A DNA stretch of 63,323 nt, the filler included, from Octopus bimaculoides (taxonomy: Eukaryota): assembly GCF_001194135.2 (NCBI RefSeq). It is 9 parts of 9 records of this genome, joined end to end, with 100 filler letters (N's around TTAATTAATTAA, not from the genome) between each part and the next. Parts side by side here need not be neighbours in the genome. Positions count along the whole stretch, not along the records: positions 25,842 to 28,818 come from NC_069003.1; positions 28,919 to 32,032 come from NC_069006.1; positions 32,133 to 44,168 come from NC_068982.1; 6 more parts are not named here. One strand, written 5' to 3'. The translations under genes were made by a program, and so were the position numbers. The notes below the pieces were generated by a model. That model worked only from the letters and a program-made list of their open reading frames with translations. It was not told the DNA's origin and made no database searches. How positions within the stretch are numbered: the first letter of the stretch is position 1; each line of letters begins with the position of its first letter. Below, one piece after another: positions 27,251-39,690 of this stretch.

Positions 27251-28211
27251 GCACACATTCATTAAAAAAAATATTCAAATACTTACCAAAAAAGAAAAAA
27301 AATTAATTGATATCTTGTAGATAGAAATGGGCTTAAGTTAACTTAGTCAAATAATCACAAATTTACTCTTGTTGTTAGCACTCCGTCGTTTACGACGTCG
27401 AGGGTTCCAGTTGATTCGATCAACAGAACAGCCTGCTTGTGAAATTAACGTGCAAGTGGCTGAGCACTCCACAGACACGTGTACCCTTAACGTAGTTCTC
27501 GGGGATATTCAGCGTGACACAGTGTGACAAGGCTGACCCTTTGAAGTACAGGCACAACAGAAACAGGAAGTAAGAGTGTGAGAAAGCCGGGAACTTTACA
27601 GCACCCCCTCGTAACAGAACAGTTTACAAAGATGAAAAGAATGATTACAAAACACAAACAATGACTGCAAAAGCTAATCTGAAAGCATCGCGGCGAAATA
27701 CGAACATTTCTGTGAAGAACCAAACCAAACGTCTCTCTGCACTGGTACGTTTTATGTTTTTGAAAGCATGCATAACATGGAATCTTGTAGCAGAGATTGA
27801 GAGGACGATACAAGCAGTGGAGATGGATGCAACCACATCTTAGAAATTTTATATTTGGATCCCATCACGTTGGCTCCGTATAAAGACCACCACTGTCTTT
27901 AGATCCTACCACTTAATTTTATCCCAATTCAGGCGATACATTTTTATGATATTTGTACTTGATTAATTGCATTTTCACCGGAATCTACAGTTTATATGAG
28001 GATTAAGGGATCTATTTTGAGATAGCGTTACAGGAATTTAAGAAATAAGTTATTTCCTGCGACGATACTTTGCGGAGACATTTACTTGTTAGCGCCATAG
28101 TCCATCCATCTTGGTTGTGCATCTGATGATTACTGCAGATGATATAGAGCTTTAAGTCATGTAAGGTTACGTTGGACATAATTATATATATATTATATAT
28201 ATACAAACACA

Positions 28212-28270
<59 letters not shown>

Positions 28271-28725
28271 GCATATATATACATACACATATACACACAC
28301 ATATACACACACACATATACACAAACTTGTGCATACACATCATTTCGAAAACAGTCTGCCAATTTTAAAAGTGATTTCACACACTTTTTGCTAAATTGTT
28401 TACTATTAGATTAAATCGTTAATACCGAGCCAACTCACTTCCAAACTTACATTCCCAATTGAACTTGAAAGTAATGAGAGCTTATTCGACTTCTACGCCA
28501 GAAAAGTTTGTGTAAGCTTATTGTCGAATTAACGAAATAAGCCTGGCTCTCTTTCTCTAGCTTCCCAAATGGCATTTATTCAATGGAATACAGTGTCAAG
28601 TCTGCAGCATTTAGATAAAATAAATTTGCTAGACATGGACTTACAGGCGTATTTGTGTACACACAGGCGCACAGAAACATAAACGCAAAATGTATAAGCA
28701 TATATTTATATCTATATCTATCTAT

Positions 28726-28761
<36 letters not shown>

Positions 28762-29296
28762 GTATGTATTCGTATGTATACATATATATATATTCATATA
28801 TATATATATACATATATANNNNNNNNNNNNNNNNNNNNNNNNNNNNNNNNNNNNNNNNNNNNTTAATTAATTAANNNNNNNNNNNNNNNNNNNNNNNNNN
28901 NNNNNNNNNNNNNNNNNNCACAACGCCCGGTCTGGGAGTAGAAACCGCGATCCTTCGACCGCGAGTCCGCCGCCCTAACCACTGGGTCATTGCACCTCCA
29001 CACAATTTGAAATAGGAAGAATTCGGAGCAGGCGAGCAGTAAAGGCCATGCTTATAATGATTGGTGCGTTGGGAAGAGTAAGTAAAGATATAGACAAATG
29101 GCTGAAGGATATTGGAATAGAATGCCCGGTAGAACTCCAACAGAAAGTTTGTCTCTTAGGAACAACAAGGATTATCAGGAGGGTTCTAAGCACTTGAAGG
29201 AGTGCTGAAAACTTTGGATACCTTAGGTCGCAGGTAGTAACCTGCTATCCACATAATCCATACCAGGAATAAGACCGAACATGAGACAAACCAAAT

Positions 29297-29369
<73 letters not shown>

Positions 29370-29518
29370 ACACACGGAAACACATACATATGTAACCACA
29401 TTCACACATACATACACGCCTGCACATGTATATCTATATTGATAGATAATCACTTTAATAGACAGACGACCAGACAGACAGACACATAGATAGAGAGACA
29501 GATAGAAAAGGTAGATAG

Positions 29519-29580
<62 letters not shown>

Positions 29581-30115
29581 GAAAATAGGTTACTAAAAAG
29601 ACCTAATATAGCGATATACCGGAGACATACACACAGCAAGCGATAAAAACAAATCAAGCGACGACAAGAAACAAAATTGAAACCGCTAAGAAAAATAAAA
29701 CGATGTAAATAAAAGCGTAACACAAAATAAAAATACAAATAAATATAAAAAAATATATTTTTAAATGTGAAAAGCAATGAAAACAAAAATGGAGAAGAGA
29801 AACATTACTGAAAGTAAATAAACAAAAGGAAAATGTAAGGAGTTACAATAAAAACAAACGCTATTGTATACTTATTGACCAATATAGCCTGTACTAGAGT
29901 GATACCAATGAAAATATACGACATGAGAAAGATCTAAAGATGGCGGAAAGATCTAACGTTGGTTGTGGCAAAGCGGGAAAAGGTGGATATAACTAAAGAT
30001 TTTTTTTTAATCGACAGATCTACCTGGTGACCGCCCCTCCAATGAAAGAATCCCACTCCTTCCTAATGAACAAATATATTATATGTATATATATATATAT
30101 ATAACAGCTACAATA

Positions 30116-30154
<39 letters not shown>

Positions 30155-30224
30155 GATGATGATGAGGATGATGATGATGATAATGATGATGATATGATTG
30201 GAAGTGTTATGGACATTCTTTTGT

Positions 30225-30454
30225 TTATGCCTTGATGCAGTACCAGGTAGCGGCTCTCATGGCTTCCGATCTTAACTGATTGGAAGTGTTATCATGTACA
30301 TTGTTTTGTCTTGCTATAAAAGGTGGGGCTACAGCAAATATTCTGCTCAATACCACAGATTTGCTTGTCAGTTGCTTGATCTTAACCAGTTGAGCATGTC
30401 CCTTGGTGGCTGACGATATGTACATCTCTGATCACGAGCAGAAGTAGTGGGGGA
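30225..30454 (-). mobile_element. LINE 3' UTR/tail fragment (probably RTE family) ending at (ATC/AAT)n
   Basis: Non-microsatellite repeat-like segment in the same orientation as, and downstream of, the RTE ORF across a gap. It ends at trinucleotide tails 30115-30192. Confidence 0.5.
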
Positions 30455-31146
30455 NNNNNNNNNNNNNNNNNNNNNNNNNNNNNNNNNNNNNNNNNNNNNN
30501 NNNNNNNNNNNNNNNNNNNNNNNNNNNNNNNNNNNNNNNNNNNNNNNNNNNNNNNNNNNNNNNNNNNNNNNNNNNNNNNNNNNNNNNNNNNNNNNNNNNN
30601 NNNNNNNNNNNNNNNNNNNNNNNNNNNNNNNNNNNNNNNNNNNNNNNNNNNNNNNNNNNNNNNNNNNNNNNNNNNNNNNNNNNNNNNNNNNNNNNNNNNN
30701 NNNNNNNNNNNNNNNNNNNNNNNNNNNNNNNNNNNNNNNNNNNNNNNNNNNNNNNNNNNNNNNNNNNNNNNNNNNNNNNNNNNNNNNNNNNNNNNNNNNN
30801 NNNNNNNNNNNNNNNNNNNNNNNNNNNNNNNNNNNNNNNNNNNNNNNNNNNNNNNNNNNNNNNNNNNNNNNNNNNNNNNNNNNNNNNNNNNNNNNNNNNN
30901 NNNNNNNNNNNNNNNNNNNNNNNNNNNNNNNNNNNNNNNNNNNNNNNNNNNNNNNNNNNNNNNNNNNNNNNNNNNNNNNNNNNNNNNNNNNNNNNNNNNN
31001 NNNNNNNNNNNNNNNNNNNNNNNNNNNNNNNNNNNNNNNNNNNNNNNNNNNNNNNNNNNNNNNNNNNNNNNNNNNNNNNNNNNNTATATATATATATATT
31101 TGCATACATACATATTTACATGCATGCATACATATATGGTGGTTAT

Positions 31147-31770
31147 CTATTCCTTATGCAGAGTTTGACCACCTCTCTGCACCTTAGAACCATCATGGCA
31201 TCTCATGTGGCTTTTTAAACCAGAAAATCTTCTGAAAAGACACCCACATAGATTGCATATCCGATTTGGACCACCAAGAGCTGCAGATAAGTTCTGATCT
31301 TTGTGGATCTTAAAATATCTTTTGAGGCCTCTATTAGATTTGCAGACCCTCTGGCATACATGGCATTGAAAGGTGTGCACAGACATACAGGCAGAATAGT
31401 TGGTGGAGGTTAGTTTTCCATGGGTTCGCAAATGAGATTTGAGGCCAGCAAAGGAAAGGCATGGTCTGTCCCAGACTGGGCACACAAAAGGGTCATTATC
31501 ATTCACCTTCTCGATCGTTACATTCTTCCTTGGATCTCTTTCGAGTCTTACATGCCTCTCCAAATGCTTTCACTCCACTCCACACTTTTGTTCGCCATCC
31601 ACCTCGATCCGAAGCAAGGATTTCTATGTCTTCTAGATCCATTCCAAGTGACTTCATAGTAGTCCTTATACCGTCTTTAAACCTTTTTTTAGGTTTAACC
31701 CGATAGCGTTTCCCCTCTGCAAGCTCACCATAAAACAGCTGTTTTGGCATGCGTTCATCCGTCATTCGAA
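31147..31770 (-). mobile_element. RTE-clade LINE ORF2 C-terminus with three C2H2 zinc fingers (5'-truncated)
   Basis: RMTDERMPKQLFYGELAEGKR..KKRFKD..ASDRGGWR is the RTE C-terminal signature. After a frameshift come three C2H2-like units. Confidence 0.88.
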
Positions 31771-31938
31771 CAATACACACATACATACATACATACATAC
31801 ATACATACATACATACAAAAATACCTTGTTGTTGATGTTGAAACTCCAATGAAGGAGCCTTGGATCTAGGTTAGAAACCAGTTCTTTCTCTATTGGCAAG
31901 AAATCTTGAAATAAACTGAGCAATGACATACATACTTA

Positions 31939-32032
31939 CAGGGTGCGATCAAAAAGTATCCTATTTTCTCCGTCGAATCTAATGCAGTCGCGGGTGCAAA
32001 ATCCTTTGGGTAGGAGATGACGCCACCCTTCA
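31939..32032 (+). mobile_element. Possible Tc1/mariner left terminus
   Basis: TA followed by CAGGGTGCGATCAAAAAGTATCC, a typical Tc1/mariner TIR style; cut by gap. Confidence 0.4.
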
Positions 32033-32132
32033 NNNNNNNNNNNNNNNNNNNNNNNNNNNNNNNNNNNNNNNNNNNNTTAATTAATTAANNNNNNNNNNNN
32101 NNNNNNNNNNNNNNNNNNNNNNNNNNNNNNNN

Positions 32133-32597
32133 CTCTGCTTCCCCCTTTATGGATTGGGCATATTATTCCCTCCTTCAGCCTGCTTGGCAGTCTGCCGTTT
32201 GCGAGAAAGCTCTGGAAGAGGATCTGGAGGGGTTTTGCCAGGACATGCTTACACGATTTAAGGAGGATCGCTGGAAAACCATCAGGGCCAGCAGTTGAGT
32301 TTGTGTTCACTTCATGTATAGCTAGTAGTACATCTTCTTTGCTGATGTTGATGTATTCCATTGTAACTGCCTCACTGGTTATAGGGGAGGTAGCAAAGAG
32401 GTCCACTGGTTCGTTCACTTGTCTGTACTCCAATGGAGTGGTGAAGACACTTTTGAATTGCTCATTCAGTACCTCACTGTCTGTGAGGGAGCCATCCTCT
32501 TCAGAGAGGGGTCCAATCTTGCAGCGTACTGAGGCTGTTTCTTTTGCGTAATGAAAGAAGGCCTTTGGGTTTGACTTAATGTTTTTTATAACCCATG
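32133..32597 (-). mobile_element. CR1/L2/Jockey-group LINE ORF2 fragment (linker plus start of RT)
   Basis: NPKAFFHYAK...NEQFKSVFT...STAGPDGFPAILLKSCKHVLAKPLQILFQSFLANGRLP..KEGIICPIHKGGSR. Confidence 0.88.
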
Positions 32598-33697
32598 CAG
32601 ACTACAATGGTCAACATATATGTTGAGTGACTTGTGACTTGATTAGAGTATTGATGGATACTTTCTACATTGTACAAGTAATGTAGCGTTCACGGCGGTG
32701 TTAGAAGTGAATATTGCGCTTGTTGGAGTTAGATCAATATTGAAGGGCTGCCGCTATGTCTTGTTTGCGTTAATTTTCTTAATATTTTGCTCTAGGAATG
32801 GGTGGATCACTGTGCCTCTAACGTAACATAATCTTTCGATGGAGGTCAAACTTTTAGAATTGAAATTATTGGTGCGAGAATATGTATTAGTAAAACTGTT
32901 GTTGGTACTTTGTTATTGATGTTTTGTTTTGTGGTGTGTTTGCTGAGCCTGCGTCTAGTAATTATGAGGTGAATATTCTTTCTTGAGTAGAGAGTAGCGA
33001 GAGATTTTTGAATTCCACCATGTGTGTAGATTGTAGTGCATACGAATGTTTATGAGTGTTCCTGAGTTAAGTACTTATATCTGATTTTAGAAATGATGCT
33101 GTGATGGAGATTCGATTACGAGTTAGAGTAATCGAGACGTGATGCAGACGCGAAGAAATTTTCTTTAATCGCTAACATAGTAGTATCAGTGACAGAAGCA
33201 GTAGTAGATAATAGAGATTCTGTCGGCAGAGACGATGAAAAAATAGGTCTGGTTGCTAGGAGATTGTGTACAATTACAAAGAGATGAAGGAAATGGGTTG
33301 TGCTTATAGAAATGGGATTGGTAGCGATAAGGTAACGAAGGTCAGAGCTAAGTAAAGGCTGTTGCTTTGTTCTTACTGAACTGTATCATAACAATGATCG
33401 GTGAATAGAAATTTTCGATGTGATTTTTTTTTTGATAAGATGGAAAATGTATTTCTCTTTTGTAATTTAACAATTTGTCTTATTGATCGATTATTGAAAA
33501 TGAGAATAATTCTGGTAGAAAAGTCATTGAAACATGATACTTGGTGCATTCTCTGCTTCGGAGACACCGATCAAGGTGCCGATCAGTGTATCCATCTCAT
33601 TCTCTGACCAGTTATATTTATTACAGATATGGGATTTGTTCACCGTTACGTAGAACGGCAGTCAAACTTTCAAATATACACGTCTATTTTTTATACA

Positions 33698-33698
<1 letters not shown>

Positions 33699-33753
<55 letters not shown>

Positions 33754-33761
33754 TTTTTATG

Positions 33762-33819
<58 letters not shown>

Positions 33820-33865
33820 TTTTTATGATTATTATTATTAATATTATTATCATTATTATTATTGT
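33699..33865. repeat. (ATT)n/(TAA)n microsatellite abutting the 3' end of R4 copy 1
   Basis: Directly visible. Confidence 0.95.
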
Positions 33866-33870
33866 CATTG

Positions 33871-35047
33871 CCTTTACACAGTTTCTAACACTGGAGATGT
33901 ACTACGGTGTCAGCTGTTCCCTACCAGTGGACTAAGGTAACACCTCTTATTTTTCGAGCACCTTCCGGAGTATTCGAGCAGTTCCAATCAGTGCTGTTTT
34001 CTGCAAGTGCTCCACCCTTGTTGCAGCCCTTATCTGCTCCACGTACTTCTCGACATTTTGCTCACTGTTCCCAGGGATCCCACAATTATTGGTACTACTG
34101 CTACCTTTTTCATCTACCACAAATGCTTAAATTTCCAAGCTAACCTGTAATATGTATTGAATTTTCTTTCTTCCTTATCGTATACCTTGTTGTCAGCTGG
34201 GTATACTATATCTATGATCCAGCATAGTTTTGTTTTCTTTCTCAATTAAGACTATGTCCGGCTTCCTATTCTCTACCACATGGTCGTACTGAATCATAAA
34301 ATCGCACAGGGTCTTTGCATTTCTATTTTCGACGATGGCTTCGTGTTTGTGGTCGTACCAAATTTTTTGCTCTGTCAAATCTATACTTGTAGCAAAGTGT
34401 CCAATGGACAAGCCTCGCTATAGTGTCGTGGCGTCTCTTATATTCTTTCTAGGCTATTGGTGTACATTGGCTGGTAATACTCATACGGTTTCATCATTTT
34501 GTTCACAGATTCTTCACTTATCACTTTCTGCTGTGTTGTCTATTCTGTATTTTATGTAGTTTGTTATTAGTGCTTGCTCTTGGGCAGCACAGATTAGAGC
34601 ATCCGTTTCCGGTTTTAAACCACTTTTAGCCATCCACAGCCATCTTTGTTTTCTGTCAGTCTTATCTTCAACATCCCTATGAAATTGACCGTGCATTCTT
34701 TTCTTTAACCACCTATTCTCAGTTTCATTTGTTTTCAATTTCTTGTATAGTGCTTTATCTTTGCAATCTTTCATCCTCCACAAGCTTGATTTTCTTACTT
34801 CTAATAATAGCGGTTCTGTGGCATTTCTTACATACCATGCTATGTTGTTTTCTTCTGCTCTAATGTTGTGTTTGCATCCAATAAGTCCTCTTCCCCTCGT
34901 TTTCTTGGTACAAACAATCTGTCTGTGTCACGTTTTGGGTAGAGTGACTCATATCTACTTAGCAATACAAAATAGGTGCATATAATCCATAATCCAAGAA
35001 TCTTGGATCATATCGTAGGCCTTGCGATAGTCGATCCCTGACATGGC
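33871..35047 (-). mobile_element. R4/Dong-clade (restriction-like endonuclease) non-LTR retrotransposon copy 1, internally deleted
   Basis: MHGQF, LKPETDALICAAQEQAL, CRIC...HITSQC (CCHC knuckle) and RHD, then RKPDIVLIEK (PD-D/ExK). The 5' end carries IDYRKAYD fused to the C-terminal half. Confidence 0.9.
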
Positions 35048-35185
35048 TATTACCCCCGCTATTAATAGATTCGGCTGACGGTGGGGAAGTCAGCCATAGC
35101 TATAAAAAATCTTCGCACCCTTTGGGTCAGCAGAGGTCAAATGTGTTTAGTATTACCAATGGCCACTGAGAGCGCTGCGTTGTTG

Positions 35186-37790
35186 TCTTTGCACTGCTTC
35201 TAACGCTGGAGATGTACAACGGTGCCAGCTGTTCACTACCAGTGAACTAAGGTAACATTCCTTATTTTGCGAGCACCATCCGGAGTATTCGATTGGTTCC
35301 AAGTTGTACTGTTTTCTGCAAGTGCTCCACCCTTATTGCAGCCCCTATTTGTTCCATGTACTTCTCAAGATTTTTACTCACTGTTCCCAGGGCTTCGACA
35401 ATTATTGGTACTACTACCATCTTTTTCATCGGCCACAACTGCTTAACCTCTCAAGTAAGCCTGTCATATCTATCGACTTTTCTTTCATCCTTGTCGCATA
35501 CCTTGTTGTCAGCTGGGCATACTATATCTATGACCCAGCAATGTCTGCTTTCTTTCTCAATTATCACTATGTGTGGCTTCCTATTCTCCATCTCATAGTC
35601 GTACTGAATCATAAAATCCTATAGCATTATCATTTTTGATGATGCCTTCAGGCTTATGTTCATACCACATTTCTGCTCTGTCAATTCCATACTTATCCAA
35701 TGTACAATCCTTGCTATATTGTCGTGACGTCTCTTATATTCTTCCTGGGCTAGTGACGTATATTAACTGACAATATGCCATACGTTTTCACCATTTTGTC
35801 CACGAATTTTGCACTTATCTCTTTCTGATCTGTTGTTTGTTCTGTATTTGATGTAATTGGTTCTTAATGATTGCTCTCGGGCAGCACAGATTAGAGCTTC
35901 CATTTCCAGTGTTAAAGCACATTCATTCATTCATAGCCATTTGTATCTCTGTCTGTCTTGTCTTCAACATCCCTACGAAATTGTCTATGCATTTTTGGCT
36001 TTATCCACCTATTTTCAGCTTCATTCATTTTCAAGTCCTTCTACAGTGCTTTATATTTGTAATCTTCCATCCTACAAAAGCCTGACCTTCTTATTTCCAA
36101 TAATAGCGGTTCTGTAGCATTTTTTACATACCATGCTATGTTGTTTTCTTAAGCGTTAATACTGCGTTCGCATCCAATCTGTCCTCTTCCCCTCTTTTTC
36201 TCGGTACATACAGTCTGTCACTTTTCGGATGGAGTATCCCATATATAGTCAGCAACGTCCTTGTCTTCTGTGTCAGCTGTTTAGTTCGTCTACTGTCCAT
36301 GCGATTACTCCTGCTCCATATATAAGGAGTGCAACCGCCCAGGTGTTGATAGCTTCGATCTTATTCCGTCCATTTCATTTTGACCTAAGGATCAGTCTCA
36401 TTCTGCGAAAGTAGTCCACCTTAAATTAATCTGTCATTTTTATCTCCATCAGTTTCCAACATCCCCAAGAACATACCAACCCATTTCTTCTCGATGCTTC
36501 TTGACCTCCCCGACGGCATCGATAGCCCGTTCATACATTTGATTTTGCCTAGTCGAACTCCATTCTGATATCAGCACTAAAAGTATACACCGTATCGACG
36601 AGGGAACTGAATTGGCCTTCATGTTTGCCATAAAGTTTGAGGTCGTCAATGAATAACAATTGGTTGACTTTTTGTTGGCGGCTTTTGAATACATACCTAT
36701 CCATTGCTCGCCTCAGAATCACTCTTAGTGATATCATGCACAGTACAAAGATCAGTGGGGACAAGCAGTCACATTGGAAGATGCATCTCCTGGTTTCTAT
36801 TGTCCCTAAACATATGCTGTCAGTTCTGTCCTCTACTTCGCCATACTTTTTCGAAGCAGTCGCTCAACATTCGATGCAATACCAAATAGGTTCATACATT
36901 CCATAATTCAAGAATGTGTGCTCATATCGTATGTCTTACGATAATCAATTCATGACATCACTAAGTTAGTTTTCGTCCTCCTGCAGTCTCTAAGTACACT
37001 TTTGTCTACCAGGTGTTAATCCTTGGTACATCTGCATGTTCGCATCCTTCTCATGTGGCAGGACTCCATTTGTTTCAAGATTCCATACATTGACTACGAG
37101 AATTCCAATCAATAGTTTCCACATAGGTGGCAAGCAGGATATCGACCTGTAATTGTCTATTGTATTGCCTTTGTCGATGTTTTCAAGCACAGCACTATCC
37201 AACCCATTTTCAACTATTCTGGTATTACTTGGTTAGCATTTAACAGGGTGTTGAGTTATGCAGCTATTCGTGCATTACATTCCCCAAATCTTTTGATCTA
37301 GTAGCCTTGAACTCCATCTTGCTGATTTCCTTCACTTCCCTAACTAAAATAATTATTTCTGCCTATTTTGGGCAGACTACTTTTTTTTTTCATTTCTTGC
37401 AACCGTTCAACACGCTTCTTGTGCTCCTTGTCTTTACTCCAGATGTCACTCCAAAACCTTTGACTTTCAAATATTATCTGGTATCAACTTTTCATCTGTA
37501 CACTCTCCATTTATTTTATTTATTTGTAGAATCTCTTCTGACCTACTCTGAATAACGCATTCTAGTGGCTCCCTCCATTCTTTTGTCGTATCTTCCAGCC
37601 TTTGCTTTCTTTGCAACGAGGCACTGTTTCAGTTCCTCCATTACCACTTTCAGGCCCTTTCTTTAAATATCATACTTCTTGTACAGTGCCCTGTATTTTT
37701 GTTCGTTTTTAAGCTCCCCTTTCTCTATGTTTTTTTCTTCTTTCTTGAAATTTTCTTCCATTTCTCGCCGAGTGTTTTCCGTACACCTAG
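35186..37790 (-). mobile_element. R4/Dong-clade element copy 2 (RT plus RLE, degenerate)
   Basis: RT motifs NYRSISCLPPMWKLL, IDYRKTYD, IFQCDCLSPLIFVLCM, LLFIDDLKLYG. 3' end nearly identical to copy 1 (CTAAC.CTGGAGATGTAC.ACGGTG.CAGCTGTTC). Confidence 0.9.
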
Positions 37791-37884
37791 GGCAGAGAAG
37801 CTCATTGTATGCATTTCCAGTTTACACACGCAAATTCGCAGGTAAACTATGTATGTAAAAAAATTAACAAATAAATAAATTCAT

Positions 37885-38836
37885 GTATGGATGCTGTTGT
37901 CACAGCGATAATGCTCTTCTCAGTACATGAGTCGTTCCAGTTAACACGATTTTTTTGCACTTCCTGTAGGGAGGGTATCATCTGGTATCATTTTCAAATA
38001 GGTTTCAGTACCTTTTTTATCATTCCTAGAAATCCTACAATCACTTATCCGGTAATCAACTTTAGATGCCATATGTTTTGAATTTCTATTAGCAAATATT
38101 TATATTTACTGATCTTGTCAAATTATTTCGCGCTATATTGTGATCGAACGGAATACTCATATCAATTAATAAACACATCTTTTTTGTCTGATCTTTTATA
38201 ATAATATCCGGTTTATTAGCTTTTATAGTTTTATCTGTATGCAAGGGGAAGTCTCAGAGAATCGATGCATCTTCTCACTCAGTCACAGCTTCAAGATGGT
38301 GTTTATGCCATTTGTCAGTGGTTTTGATTTGTTAATGCCGACATATTGTCCAGTGTAAATACAGGCCGATTCTGTCATGTCTTGCTTTACATTCTACAGG
38401 TGCTAAAACTCTACACCCCGAAATTAGGTGGTCTATAGTTTCAATCTCATCGTTACAGAATCGGCATTTTGGGTCAGCTCCATTTTTTTATCACATTGGC
38501 TTGGTAGGTCCGGGTTAATAAGCTTTAGTCTTGAGCAGCCAATATGAAACCTTCACTCTCTGCTGTTAGCTCTGAGCTTTGTAACCATTCATACGTGTGT
38601 TTCTGATCGACATCAGCTTGTTTACTACGGGCCACGTACTTGTCATACAGAGGTTTCTGTTCCCATCTGCTAGCTAATTTTTCATGTGCTTTTGTCTTTG
38701 CAATTAATTTTATTTTCTTTGCAGCAGCAGTTGGTGGATTTCCTTCAACCTGGTCAAGCTGGTGAGTATCTAAGAGATCAGTAGCTAATTTTTTGTTCTC
38801 TTTCAGAACAGAGTGAAGTTTTTGCGGTCCTTCATG
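37885..38836 (-). mobile_element. R4-type element, divergent subfamily, C-terminal fragment
   Basis: LTAESEGFILAAQD, CRFC...IDHLISGC, RHDRIG, NKPDIII..LIDMSIP; stops and frameshifts. Confidence 0.85.
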
Positions 38837-38963
38837 TTGTTGTTGTTGATAAGGACAGACAGACAGACATACAAACATAAATACATGCATACATACATGC
38901 ACACACGCACAAACACAGTAGTCGGCATTTAACACATACACACGTATATATATAAAACAAATG

Positions 38964-39163
38964 ATATATAAGCATACGCATGTATACCTACATCTACATG
39001 TATATATAGATGCATATTCGGGTACAGGACGTTAGAAAAATGAACGGGAGCATTATGCTCCCGTTTTGTTTTTATGCTCCCGTTCATTTTTCTAACGTCC
39101 TGTACCCGAATATGCATCTATATATACATGTAGATGTAGGTATACATGCGTATGCTTATATAT
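38964..39163. repeat. Perfect palindrome, 90-bp arms, 20-bp spacer
   Basis: 38964-39053 is the exact reverse complement of 39074-39163. It also shows as twin identical peptides on opposite strands in the ORF track. Confidence 0.95.
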
Positions 39164-39598
39164 GTGTTTTATTATGTCATCGAACGCACGAGTCCATTTG
39201 CAAGTAAGTTTCAACTATATATATATATATATACTCACACATACATTTATATATGTATTCTTTTATTCTTTCTTTTTTTCGTTTCAGTCATTTTGACTGC
39301 GGCCATGCTGGAGCACCGCCTTTAGTCGAGCAAATCGACCCCATGACTTATTCTTTGTAAGCCTAGTACTCATTCTATCCGAAACGCTAGGTTACGGGGG
39401 TGAAAACCCACCAGCATCGATGTCAGGCGATGTTGCGGGACACACACACACAAACATATACACACACATTACATATATANNNNNNNNNNNNNNNNNNNNN
39501 NNNNNNNNNNNNNNNNNNNNNNNNNNNNNNNNNNNNNNNNNNNNNNNNNNNNNNNNNNNNNNNNNNNNNTATATATATATATATATATTTCCCCACAG

Positions 39599-39690
39599 GA
39601 AAACTTATTGACTGGTATCTTTTGGAAAGCACTTGAGTTGACAGAAAAGCAGGCTTTTTTCCAAAATGTTCGCAAAGAGTACATACTCAA
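39599..39690 (+). CDS. Candidate internal exon of an unidentified plus-strand gene
   Basis: Acceptor TTTCCCCACAG|, donor AA|GTAAAA; phase-0 frame ENLLTGIFWKALELTEKQAFFQNVRKEYIL. Confidence 0.4.

Noticed and set aside
32640-33370. Possible Penelope 5' ORF region on the minus strand
   Set aside because: Only a vague protein-like stretch with stops; no diagnostic motif.
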